A stretch of 43,859 nt of DNA from a virus. Of the stretch, positions 30,739 through 39,100 are shown in pieces (position 1 is the stretch's first letter; each line of letters opens with the position of its first letter). The position numbers and the translations under genes are program-made. The notes beneath the pieces were generated by a model that ran no database searches, was not told the DNA's origin, and worked only from the letters and a program-made list of their open reading frames with translations. The DNA is taken from UHGV virus genome UHGV-0870948; one strand, written 5' to 3'.

Positions 30739-30921
30739 TTACATTGGTTTTGTAATGTTGCTAGTCATCGTTCGAATAACAAAATGCGTAAGTAACCTTG
30801 CTTTCCACATGTAAATCTCTTCAAGGCGAGATAAATCTACGAATACCGGACCTTTGTAATCTGGTCTTGATGCCCTTATGTATGAGCTAATAGTTTGTGC
30901 ATCTTGCTCGTCAAGATTCAT
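30739..30921 (-). CDS. Hypothetical early protein
   Basis: 60-aa ORF. Confidence 0.3.
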   Translation of the reverse strand: MNLDEQDAQTISSYIRASRPDYKGPVFVDLSRLEEIYMWKARLLTHFVIRTMTSNITKPM

Positions 30922-31114
30922 GACTTCCCTCTCTAACAGATTTCAGGTTATTCCACTCCGTTACCGCACTGCGATAATTCGCGGCCGCCACAGCGGCGTG
31001 GTTAGCGCAGTAGATTTGGCACCCGTTCTCCATGTCGAATATTGTCGGTAATTTTCCGCATTTACATTTTTTGGCACGCGGTGCGTCTGAACACATTCCG
31101 TTAACGGTGTCCAT
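30911..31114 (-). CDS. Small Cys-rich protein (putative zinc-binding)
   Basis: 67 aa with C-x-C...C-x3-C pattern, downstream of the helicase gene. Confidence 0.4.
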   Translation of the reverse strand: MDTVNGMCSDAPRAKKCKCGKLPTIFDMENGCQIYCANHAAVAAANYRSAVTEWNNLKSVREGSHES

Positions 31115-31195
31115 CAGGATCCCCCTCGTTCTTAATCCAATAAAAAAGGGCTACTGTGTAAATAGCCCCTGTTATTAGCTCAGTGATGTAGATGG

Positions 31196-32572
31196 TCATA
31201 CGTCCGCCCCTTGTGCATATCGTCTGCCACGCGCAGCAGGTGCATTTGATGCTGTGCAAATCTGTCTGGCTTCATCCTGGTCACATGCAACAAAGTGTCC
31301 GTTACAGAACCGCTGGTAAACCGTACCAAGTGAGCCAAAACGGTTTTTCGTCACGATGATTTCAGCAAATGGTGCGGCGCTACTGTTCTCGTCATATACC
31401 GCTTCCCGATAGAGCATGATGATTGAGTCTGCGTCCTGTTCAATGCTTCCTGAATCACGCAAATCTGCGTTTGTCGGGCGTTTGTTTGGTCGCTTCTCAA
31501 CATCGCGCGAAAGCTGACTCAGGGAGATAACAGGCGTTTTCAGGTCTTTCGCCATCGCCTTCAGGCTTCCTGAGATGTGAGCAATTGCGAGGTCGTTGCG
31601 ATCTGCTTTCGGCTTCTCAATCAGGCCAAGATAATCCGCCATGATGAGTGACAGGTTTGGATTTTCCTGTTTGTGTCGTTCTGCGATTGAGCGTATTTCT
31701 TCGACCGATAACCGCGAGGCATCGACTACCCATACATCCAAATCTGCAAGCTGACTCATGCCGTTAGCAACACGCGCCCAGCCTTCGTCATCCATCGATG
31801 CAGGATTTCGCAGTACGCTAACCGACATCCTCCCGGCGTTGGCAATGCTTCGCTCTGCAATCTGCAATGCGCTCATTTCCATTGAGAAAATCAACACTCC
31901 GCGCCGGACGTCAGAACCAGGAATAACGCGGCTTGCAACGCCTTCGGCAATCTTCAGCGCCAGTTCGGTTTTCCCCATACCCGGACGAGCAGCGATAATC
32001 ACCAGGTCTTCCGCGTTCATCCCTCCGGTGATGGCGTCAAGTTCTTCGATTCCGGTCTTCAGGGTATCTGATTCCTCTCCGTTCCTCAGACGCCTGTCAA
32101 GCGTGTCAGTGTAGTCAGTGATGATTTCCCCTAACCGTACAGGTTTAACCTCGTCACGGGGCTTTCTGATGGCTGAAAGACGCTTTACAAGCTCATCCAT
32201 CGCCTGACTCGATGCGTCGATGGTTCCGCTCTGAATTGGTTCACGCATTTCATCCATGATTTCCAGCACCAGACGGCGGTGATAGTTATCCGCGACCATT
32301 CCGGCATATCCCTTCAGGTTTGCGGCACTCGGGCAGTTTTTGCTGGTCATCAGGATTGACGTGAAATGCTCCTCTCCGCACGCCTCGGCAACCATCAGCG
32401 CATCGATTAGGTTTCTGTTTCGCGCCTGCTTGCGGATAACCTCGAAGGCTTTCCGGTAGAGCGGAATTGAAAACGCTTCCGGCTCCAGCGTTGCAAGAAC
32501 GTCACTGGCGGTTGGAGTTAATCCACCAATCAGCAGGCCACCGATAACGCTCGCTTCGATATCCTGTCTCAT
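31196..32572 (-). CDS. Replicative DNA helicase (DnaB family)
   Basis: 458 aa; Walker A GMGKT, Walker B-like IMADYLGL, overall DnaB-like layout; follows the O-like gene. Confidence 0.85.
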   Translation of the reverse strand: MRQDIEASVIGGLLIGGLTPTASDVLATLEPEAFSIPLYRKAFEVIRKQARNRNLIDALMVAEACGEEHFTSILMTSKNCPSAANLKGYAGMVADNYHRRLVLEIMDEMREPIQSGTIDASSQAMDELVKRLSAIRKPRDEVKPVRLGEIITDYTDTLDRRLRNGEESDTLKTGIEELDAITGGMNAEDLVIIAARPGMGKTELALKIAEGVASRVIPGSDVRRGVLIFSMEMSALQIAERSIANAGRMSVSVLRNPASMDDEGWARVANGMSQLADLDVWVVDASRLSVEEIRSIAERHKQENPNLSLIMADYLGLIEKPKADRNDLAIAHISGSLKAMAKDLKTPVISLSQLSRDVEKRPNKRPTNADLRDSGSIEQDADSIIMLYREAVYDENSSAAPFAEIIVTKNRFGSLGTVYQRFCNGHFVACDQDEARQICTASNAPAARGRRYAQGADV

Positions 32573-33390
32573 GCAATCCCCCTGTCTGCAAACTTCCCTT
32601 CCCGTACTCCCGTTAACGAATCTTCCCTCAGCAGGTAATCAAAATCTGCCGTCCAGCCAGTGTCGTTGTCTCCGAAGTAAAACGGCTTGGCCTGATGCAC
32701 AAACGCCCTGACATACGCTCTGAAACCGTCCACGTTTGGCGTTTTCAGTTGCGGGATGATTTTCTTCAGGCGGCGTTTGCGTTTCTCGTTGACCGCAACA
32801 GCGTGTGGCAGTCTGTCACCGACTTCGGTGTTGTAGGCGTTCAGGAAGGATTCGTAGTCGATTCGTTCTGCCTTGCGACGTTCAGGTTTAACCTGCCCAT
32901 CGCCACCCCCGTTAGGGGGTAAGGGGGTATTTGTATTTATTGTCTTTTGTATATTGTCTTTTGTGTTTAGCTGACTTGGCTTATACCCATTAGCCGACTT
33001 GGCTAATGTTTTATTAGCTGTTTTAGCTAATGTTAAGCTGTCCTGGCTAATCCACTGAGAAACCACCTTGTTCACTCCGATTTTCACGCCATCAGCAATG
33101 AGGAATTTACGCTCGATAAGCTGGCGCTTGGCAGCGCAAACATGAGTGTGATGAATACCTGTCATGGCTGCTATCTGCGTGTTTGTGAGTCGATCCATCG
33201 GCTTATTGAATCCGTATGTCTTGCGCATGATAGCGAGCATCACCTTCAACTGCCGGACGGTTAAATCAGCCATCAGCAGACTGTCGGTAATCTCGTTAGC
33301 AACGCGCATGAAACCATCTTCGGTATCTGCCACGCGATGCTCCACGACCTCAAGTTGAGGCCTGTAATCAGCTAACTTAACGACGCCCAT
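32569..33390 (-). CDS. Replication initiator (lambda O-like) containing ori
   Basis: 273 aa; N-terminal HTH-like region; iteron array lies inside the coding sequence. Confidence 0.7.
   Translation of the reverse strand: MGVVKLADYRPQLEVVEHRVADTEDGFMRVANEITDSLLMADLTVRQLKVMLAIMRKTYGFNKPMDRLTNTQIAAMTGIHHTHVCAAKRQLIERKFLIADGVKIGVNKVVSQWISQDSLTLAKTANKTLAKSANGYKPSQLNTKDNIQKTINTNTPLPPNGGGDGQVKPERRKAERIDYESFLNAYNTEVGDRLPHAVAVNEKRKRRLKKIIPQLKTPNVDGFRAYVRAFVHQAKPFYFGDNDTGWTADFDYLLREDSLTGVREGKFADRGIA
32936..33051. repeat. Origin of replication: four ~17-bp iterons plus adjacent AT-rich direct repeats
   Basis: TAGCTGACTTGGCTTAT, TAGCCGACTTGGCTAAT, TAGCTGTTTTAGCTAAT, AAGCTGTCCTGGCTAAT spaced 20-24 bp; ATTGTCTTTTGT repeated twice next to them. 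Confidence 0.7.
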
Positions 33391-33572
33391 GTTTCACTCC
33401 TGCTTTGGCTAGTCTGTAAACACCAACAAGGCGCTCTGCGAACGCCCTGTTATTTGCTGCGGCTACCACTAATCCCTCAGGTGAATCAGGGTGTCGAATC
33501 TCTTCTTTTTCCTGGTATTTCTTACGACGTTTTGTCATAATTACTCCTGTGGATTGATCCAGTCTTTCTACA

Positions 33573-33851
33573 TCAGGCCTCGAAGAATTCGCCGTTCTTC
33601 GGGGCTTTTTCTTTTGTCAGCATTCTGGCTACTTTCTTAGCCAGTTCCGCCAACTCCTCGTCTTCAACACCCCATTCAAGAACAGCAAGAAGCATTCCCA
33701 TTTTGGGGATGAAGCTGTCTTTCCATCGCGAAATTTGCGATTCATTAATCCCTAACGCGTCGGCAACCTTTCGCTGACCACGTACAGCAATTCGATTCAG
33801 GATGTTGCTTGTAATTGCATTCGCTTTCTTGCGAGTACTTGTAAGTTGCAT
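33573..33851 (-). CDS. cII: CII-like transcriptional activator
   Basis: 92 aa, ...ADALGINESQISRWKDSFIPKMGMLLAVLEWGVEDEELAELAK... closely parallels lambda CII. Confidence 0.8.
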   Translation of the reverse strand: MQLTSTRKKANAITSNILNRIAVRGQRKVADALGINESQISRWKDSFIPKMGMLLAVLEWGVEDEELAELAKKVARMLTKEKAPKNGEFFEA

Positions 33852-33900
33852 ATGTAAGTATTTCCTTAACTAATAAGAAGTTATGCGCATCAACTTATGC

Positions 33901-33943
33901 GCGTTGTATTCCCGCATTTCGGCTGGAATGAGGACCATGACTG
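33901..33943 (-). promoter_or_regulatory. nutR-like site (boxA CGCTCTTTAACA plus imperfect boxB hairpin)
   Basis: Minus strand between cro and cII reads CGCTCTTTAACA...CCAGCCGAAATGCGGG; boxA and the loop are identical to the nutL copy. Confidence 0.5.
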
Positions 33944-33959
33944 TTAAAGAGCGGTGTTA

Positions 33960-34154
33960 CTATTTGTTTTTCTTGTTGCTTGGGAAAGGACGAACTTCCT
34001 CTCCAATCACACTGCCATCAGGCTTTACCGTAACCATAATGTTACGGCCTGCCAGAATGGCCTTGCTGATAGCGCACTGGATTACACCAAAGTCACTGGC
34101 TGCTTTAGCCTGTCCATGGATTTTGGCGTAATCGGCAAGTGTCATTCGAATCAT
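33960..34154 (-). CDS. cro: Cro repressor
   Basis: [64 protein letters not shown]; lambda Cro-like throughout. Confidence 0.85.
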   Translation of the reverse strand: MIRMTLADYAKIHGQAKAASDFGVIQCAISKAILAGRNIMVTVKPDGSVIGEEVRPFPSNKKNK

Positions 34155-34184
34155 ATGCACTCTCCGTTATTAACCATGAACAAA

Positions 34185-34226
34185 GAATACTACAGGTATT
34201 CAAAGCAATCAATACTCAGGGTATTT
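34185..34226. promoter_or_regulatory. OR operators (two 17-bp sites) overlapping divergent PR/PRM promoters
   Basis: GAATACTACAGGTATTC and CAATACTCAGGGTATTT, 25 bp centre to centre, in the cro-cI intergenic region; minus-strand -35 TTGATT / -10 TATTCT candidates. Confidence 0.65.
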
Positions 34227-34319
34227 TTAGTTTAAGTACCTTAGCTATTAGAATTAAGCTATGGAAAATAAAAATCACTGACGACAGAACAGCTGGAAGA
34301 CGCTAAGCGGCTTAAGGCT

Positions 34320-34976
34320 TTGTATGAGTCAAAAAAGAAAGAATTGGGAATAACACAATACTCAATCGCTGATGAACTGGGTATCACCCAAGGAGCGGTA
34401 GGGCATTATCTTAATGGCAGAAACGCGCTAAACGTTGAGGTTGCATCTGGTTTTGCACGACTGTTGCAAGTCTCAATTGCTGATTTTAGCCAGTCAATTG
34501 CTGCCAAGGTTGCAGAACAGGCAGAAAGCCTTAAGAGCGATGCCAACGTAAGGTATGCAGGGGAATACAGAGCAGGAAAGAGGTATCCGGTGTTAAGCAG
34601 TATCCAGGCTGGCTCGTGGTGTGAAGCATGCGAACCATACACCATTAAAGACATAGATGTTTGGCTTGAGTCTGACGCGCATATTCAAGGTAATGCGTTC
34701 TGGCTTAAAGTGGAAGGTGATTCAATGACGGCACCGGTTGGGTTAAGCATTCCAGAGGGAACATTCGTTCTTTTCGATACCGGAAGGGAGGCGATCAACG
34801 GCAGCTTGGTCATAGCAAAACTTTCTGACTCTAACGAAGCAACATTCAAGAAGCTGATAATCGACGGCGGAAATAAATACCTCAAGGGACTTAATCCTGC
34901 ATGGCCTCTCGTGCCAATCAATGGAAACTGCAAGATTATAGGCGTTGCAATTGAGACAAAACTAAGGCTGGTTTGA
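34320..34976 (+). CDS. cI: CI-type prophage repressor (HTH plus LexA-like S24 peptidase domain); N-terminus frame-disrupted upstream
   Basis: ORF-track product 218 aa from TTG; the frame stays open back to 34272 and encodes conserved KSLTTEQLEDAKRLKAL, but the only ATG (34261) is in another frame. Confidence 0.8.
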   Translation: MYESKKKELGITQYSIADELGITQGAVGHYLNGRNALNVEVASGFARLLQVSIADFSQSIAAKVAEQAESLKSDANVRYAGEYRAGKRYPVLSSIQAGSWCEACEPYTIKDIDVWLESDAHIQGNAFWLKVEGDSMTAPVGLSIPEGTFVLFDTGREAINGSLVIAKLSDSNEATFKKLIIDGGNKYLKGLNPAWPLVPINGNCKIIGVAIETKLRLV

Positions 34977-34993
34977 TCACGCAAGGGGCGATT

Positions 34994-35362
34994 ATGGTTG
35001 GAACCGCTATAGCAAGCTTTTTTGGGATGTTGGCAATCTCGACAATTTACGGCTTAGCGCATGCTTTTATTGCGAAATCTCTATCAGAAAAAATAAGCCA
35101 GGCTTGGGCGCATAGATTAGCTCGTTTCATGATTCTGGTGATCATAGCAATACAAGGGATATCTGCATTTATCCTCTATGGTTCAAGCTTATACCTGTTG
35201 TATCAAGGCGCGACATTTACGCCTTACACCAGTGATTACGGAACGCTATACGATGGTAGTGAAGACATCTCTATGGCTTGGATCGTCTTTGGTTTATCTA
35301 TGGCCGTGTCTGTTGTAGCAGACATCATTAAGGTAATTCTCGTCTTAACCTTCGCTGACTAA
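34994..35362 (+). CDS. Small polytopic membrane protein in the rexAB position (candidate exclusion protein)
   Basis: About 122 aa from ATG 34994 with AAGGGG RBS; three to four hydrophobic helices; overlaps or abuts the cI stop. Confidence 0.5.
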   Translation: MVGTAIASFFGMLAISTIYGLAHAFIAKSLSEKISQAWAHRLARFMILVIIAIQGISAFILYGSSLYLLYQGATFTPYTSDYGTLYDGSEDISMAWIVFGLSMAVSVVADIIKVILVLTFAD

Positions 35363-35492
35363 CCTATAATCCCGGCAGCAATAGCTATCGGGATCCACTT
35401 CACATATCCCGCATAAAAAGCACTGAACAAGCAGACACCGAAAAAATAAATATCCTTTGTATTCATTTGCTTATCATTATTTCATCAAAAAT

Positions 35493-35535
35493 AAATACCT
35501 TGGGTATTTACACAATAAAATACCTACAGTATTCT
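35493..35535 (+). promoter_or_regulatory. OL operators (two 17-bp sites) overlapping PL
   Basis: AAATACCTTGGGTATTT and AAATACCTACAGTATTC, 25 bp apart; -35 TTTACA (35507-35512), 17-bp spacer, -10 TATTCT (35530-35535). Confidence 0.65.
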
Positions 35536-35580
35536 TTAGCCATCAGCAGGACGCTGGAAGCCAAACGGAACAGATTGGCA

Positions 35581-35621
35581 GGCTCTTTAACATTGATGGG
35601 ATTGTCCCGCCGAAATGCGGG
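35581..35621 (+). promoter_or_regulatory. nutL (boxA GCTCTTTAACA and boxB hairpin CCCGC-CGAAAT-GCGGG)
   Basis: Located between PL and the N gene; same boxA and loop as nutR. Confidence 0.6.
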
Positions 35622-35729
35622 AACCAAAGAGTAGTTGGCTTTGGGGTGACGTGAAGTGCAGCTGCACGACGGCAACCGGAAGATAAGCACCCGGCGCGTC
35701 ACCGCCAAAGTCAATCATCGGAGGTCAAC

Positions 35730-36035
35730 ATGACAGTAGTCATTACATATCTGGCTGACGATAACGCCAGAAATCGCCGCAGAGCACGCAGACAGGCTCA
35801 ACGTGAACAGGCAATGCAAGAGCAGCGACTGGCGCGAAAAATTGCGCTAAAGCTCTCTGGTTGCGTCAGGGCAGACAAAGCAGCATCACTCGGAAGCCTT
35901 CGCTGCCAGAAGGCAGAAGAAGTCGAGCGTAAACAGAACCGTATTTACTACCGCAAGCCACGCAGTGAAATGGGTGTGACATGCTCAGGCCGCCAGAAGC
36001 AACGCGGAAAATCAATTCCAGCTTATTACGATTGA
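35730..36035 (+). CDS. N: N-type transcription antiterminator
   Basis: Arg-rich N-terminus (NARNRRRARRQAQREQ) and C-terminus ...YYRKPRSEMGVTCSGRQKQRGKSIP matching lambda N. Confidence 0.8.
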   Translation: MTVVITYLADDNARNRRRARRQAQREQAMQEQRLARKIALKLSGCVRADKAASLGSLRCQKAEEVERKQNRIYYRKPRSEMGVTCSGRQKQRGKSIPAYYD

Positions 36036-36043
36036 GGTGAGCC

Positions 36044-36181
36044 ATGCTCAAGAAAGTCAAACGCCGACTTTACAAAGAAGGTAGATATTCATGCCAGTTG
36101 CCAAAATGCGACACAGCAAAATGGAGTGTCGATGATTGGTGTAACTGGATAGATAGATACGGAACTTGGTGGGATAAATAA
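36044..36181 (+). CDS. Small Cys/Trp-rich protein (hypothetical)
   Basis: 45 aa not in the ORF track: MLKKVKRRLYKEGRYSCQLPKCDTAKWSVDDWCNWIDRYGTWWDK; RBS GAGGTGAG abuts the N stop. Confidence 0.3.
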   Translation: MLKKVKRRLYKEGRYSCQLPKCDTAKWSVDDWCNWIDRYGTWWDK

Positions 36182-36235
36182 CAGGTAACTTAAGCATATT
36201 TACTTTCGCAGCAAACCACTTATTTGAGGTGAGAT

Positions 36236-36706
36236 ATGACAAAATCATGGAGCGTACCTTTTCCTGAATCAGAAACTGAACATGATGGAATGCCTGTTTT
36301 CTGGAGATTCCAAGCGACAGTTGAAGAAGATGGAATCAAAATATTCGCACTTCAATATATAGCTTTTCATCAGACAGAGCATTATGCATGGTTGGTTCCT
36401 GCGAATTGGATTGTTAATTTTAAACCAGCACCAAATCAGTGGTTACAGGAATGGAAACAAAGGAGAAATAGATATGCAATTAAGAAAGTAGCAAAAAATG
36501 CAGAAAGATCTTTTGCATTCCCAACGAAGAAACTTGCCATTGAGAGTTTATTGCGCCGGAAGAAATACCATTTAATGAGAATCAAACAAGATTTGGCTGT
36601 TGTATCAACTCTTGTTGATGGGATGAAAAATATTGATACATCAACACCAGATATTGAATATAACTTTGGACACAACCAAGAAACAGAAAATTGGGTATTT
36701 TATTAG
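36236..36706 (+). CDS. Hypothetical protein in an AT-rich segment downstream of N
   Basis: 156 aa; RBS TTGAGGTGAG identical to that of the preceding small ORF; visibly AT-rich codon usage. Confidence 0.5.
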   Translation: MTKSWSVPFPESETEHDGMPVFWRFQATVEEDGIKIFALQYIAFHQTEHYAWLVPANWIVNFKPAPNQWLQEWKQRRNRYAIKKVAKNAERSFAFPTKKLAIESLLRRKKYHLMRIKQDLAVVSTLVDGMKNIDTSTPDIEYNFGHNQETENWVFY

Positions 36707-36810
36707 TACGAATAAGCACTGTGTATTCATTCCAACGAGTGAATACACGGAGCAATGTCGCTCGTAACTAAACAGGAGCCGACTTGTTCTGATTATTGGA
36801 AATCTTCTTT

Positions 36811-36836
36811 GCCCTCCAGTGTGAGGGCCTTTTTAT
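36811..36836 (+). terminator. Rho-independent terminator (tL-like)
   Basis: GCCCTC-CAGTGT-GAGGGC followed by CTTTTTAT. Confidence 0.55.
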
Positions 36837-36897
36837 ATGCATACCAATAACGCTTCACTCGAGGCGTTTTTCGTTATGTATAAATAAGGAGCACACC

Positions 36898-37038
36898 ATG
36901 CAATATGCCATTGCAGGGTGGCCTGTTGCTGGCTGCCCTTCCGAATCTTTACTTGAACGAATCACACGTAAATTACGTGATGGATGGAAACGCCTTATCG
37001 ACATACTTAATCAGCCAGGAGTTCCCAAAAATGGATAA
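36898..37038 (+). CDS. Small hypothetical protein
   Basis: 46 aa from ATG preceded by TAAGGAGC. Confidence 0.4.
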   Translation: MQYAIAGWPVAGCPSESLLERITRKLRDGWKRLIDILNQPGVPKNG

Positions 37039-37144
37039 AACACTTATGGCTATCCAGACTAAATTCACTATCGCCACTTTTATTGGCGATGAAAAGATGT
37101 TTCGTGAAGCCGTAGAAGCCTACAGAAAATGGAGGTCAAAATGA
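37031..37144 (+). CDS. Small hypothetical protein
   Basis: 37 aa (MDKTLMAIQTKFTIATFIGDEKMFREAVEAYRKWRSK), overlaps neighbours. Confidence 0.3.
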   Translation: MDKTLMAIQTKFTIATFIGDEKMFREAVEAYRKWRSK

Positions 37145-37329
37145 TTCCGGTAGAACTGGCGAAAACTCCAGAGTTAAGTCGATTAAAAAGAGAATATCAC
37201 ATTGCTGAGGCTCGTTACTGGCGTAAAGCGGGAGATAAATCAAAGAAACAACTTTGTTTATGGCAGGCGCAAAGAGAGCGCATGAATGAGCGCGAATTTC
37301 TTCCCCCCCCATCCGAATTACCATTCTGA
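37141..37329 (+). CDS. Small hypothetical protein
   Basis: 62 aa from ATG preceded by GGAGG. Confidence 0.4.
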   Translation: MIPVELAKTPELSRLKREYHIAEARYWRKAGDKSKKQLCLWQAQRERMNEREFLPPPSELPF

Positions 37330-37337
37330 GGTGAATT

Positions 37338-38018
37338 ATGGGAACTGCGACATTAATACTCGGTGAGTCTGGCACCGGAAAATCAACCAGCATGAGAAAT
37401 ATCAATCCAGAGGAAGCAATACTTATAAAACCAATAGGCAAGCCACTACCATTTAAATCAAAAGACTGGCTTGCATGGGATGCCAGAGCCAAAAAAGGAA
37501 CCGTAGTTACCACTGACAAATGGGACGTAATAGTTGCCGTAATTAAGCGTGCTCACGAATACGGGAAAAGAATCGTTATTGTTGATGACTTCCAGTATGT
37601 GATGAGCAATGAGTTTATGCGCCGCTCAGAAGAAAAATCGTTTGATAAATTCACTGAGATAGGCCGTCACGCATGGGAGGTGATTAAGGCTGCGCAGGAT
37701 GCACCTGATGACCTGAGAGTCTATTTTCTTGCGCACACCGAAGAAACCCCTATGGGGCGCGTGAAAATGAAGACTATCGGCAAAATGCTGGACGAGAAAA
37801 TCACTGTCGAAGGCATGTTTACTATAGTTCTTCGCACCCTTACCCGTGATGACCAGTTCTTTTTCACCACGAAAAACAACGGTGCAGACACTGTTAAATC
37901 CCCAATTGGAATGTTTGACTCCAATGAGATTGATAACGATCTCTCTTTCGTCGATGCCACTGTTTGTGATTACTACGGCATCAATAATGTTCATCAAATT
38001 AAGGAAAACGCCGCATGA
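37338..38018 (+). CDS. P-loop ATPase (Sak4-like recombination protein)
   Basis: Walker A GESGTGKST near the N-terminus and Walker B IVIVDD; 226 aa. Confidence 0.6.
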   Translation: MGTATLILGESGTGKSTSMRNINPEEAILIKPIGKPLPFKSKDWLAWDARAKKGTVVTTDKWDVIVAVIKRAHEYGKRIVIVDDFQYVMSNEFMRRSEEKSFDKFTEIGRHAWEVIKAAQDAPDDLRVYFLAHTEETPMGRVKMKTIGKMLDEKITVEGMFTIVLRTLTRDDQFFFTTKNNGADTVKSPIGMFDSNEIDNDLSFVDATVCDYYGINNVHQIKENAA

Positions 38019-38602
38019 GCAACGTGATTTTTACTTATAACGAAGAAGCAGCACTGACCGCAGGGCAAGGTGGTTTTATTAACGAAACTGGCGCTCATAT
38101 CATTACCATTACTGAAGCAGAACTAAAGCAATCAGAAAAAGGCGCAAAATTTATTGAGTTTTCTGGCGAATCCGACGACGGACGTAAAATCCAATATCTT
38201 AGCGTCTGTGTTCAGAAAAATGACGGAACGGAAAACAAATTTGGCGCAAATGTCGTTCACGCCATGATGGGGTGTGCCGGGATTGGACAATTAACGCAGC
38301 ATATGGTTTCCGCCAGTAAATTTGTTGCACCTGAATTTCATGGAAAGAAAATCGGGTTAGTGCTCCAGAAAGTATTAACCACAAACAAAAAGACTGGCGC
38401 AGACAGCTACCAGATGGAAATACGCATCCCGTTTATTGCACAAACAGGTCAAACCCTTAAAGAAAAGGCAGAAGGCAAGCAACCAGAAACTATCGCCAAC
38501 ATGGTTGCCAATCTCAAAGATAAAGACAATCGCTCTAAAAACGTAAGCCAGAATCATGCAGATGATTATGGTTACAGCCAGAACGATTACCCTCCTTTCT
38601 GA
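38015..38602 (+). CDS. SSB-like phage protein with acidic C-terminal tail
   Basis: 195 aa coupled to the ATPase; C-terminus ...DDYGYSQNDYPPF resembles the SSB acidic tip. Confidence 0.45.
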   Translation: MSNVIFTYNEEAALTAGQGGFINETGAHIITITEAELKQSEKGAKFIEFSGESDDGRKIQYLSVCVQKNDGTENKFGANVVHAMMGCAGIGQLTQHMVSASKFVAPEFHGKKIGLVLQKVLTTNKKTGADSYQMEIRIPFIAQTGQTLKEKAEGKQPETIANMVANLKDKDNRSKNVSQNHADDYGYSQNDYPPF

Positions 38603-38625
38603 TTACTGAAAATAAGGCTCCCATT

Positions 38626-38922
38626 ATGCCAGCGCCTCTGTATGGTGCGGATGACCCGCGCAATTGCTCCGGTAGCTCCAAGGCGGAGGTGCTGGAAAAT
38701 ATCAAAAACATTTTCGACACGTTTATTGATCTGCCACCAGAAACAAAAGCAGAACGGATGTACCGACGCGATATACAACTCGCGTTAAAAGATGAGAAGG
38801 ACCGAACAAACGAAACAGCAATGAGACCGTTGCGAAAAGCGACAATAGACAAATTCCCTGAATATATCGACCCGCGCCTGCGTAATTACCGCTCACGCTA
38901 TGGCGCTATCAGTAATGACTGA
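38626..38922 (+). CDS. Hypothetical early protein
   Basis: 98-aa ORF. Confidence 0.4.
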   Translation: MPAPLYGADDPRNCSGSSKAEVLENIKNIFDTFIDLPPETKAERMYRRDIQLALKDEKDRTNETAMRPLRKATIDKFPEYIDPRLRNYRSRYGAISND

Positions 38923-38932
38923 GGAATTTACC

Positions 38933-39100
38933 ATGAGAGGACTTGCATACAATCCCGGCATTCTTCCGGCAGAAATGATTATTCGCCAACGCGTAAAGCC
39001 AATGCCATCGAGAGAGGAATTGCTTAAGAGAAATAGTTTCGGTTCTGTTAATGACAACAAATATCTGAATGCGATGTGGCGTAAAGGAGGCAGCCAGTGA
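38933..39100 (+). CDS. Small hypothetical protein
   Basis: 55 aa from internal ATG with GAGG RBS. Confidence 0.35.
   Translation: MRGLAYNPGILPAEMIIRQRVKPMPSREELLKRNSFGSVNDNKYLNAMWRKGGSQ

Noticed and set aside
33883-34235. Plus-strand ORFs 33883..34131 and 33954..34235
   Set aside because: They are antisense to cro and cross the operator region; cro is strongly supported on the minus strand.
36057-36248. Minus-strand 63-aa ORF downstream of N
   Set aside because: Antisense to the plus-strand small ORF and RBS-bearing genes of the PL operon; hydrophobic low-complexity translation.
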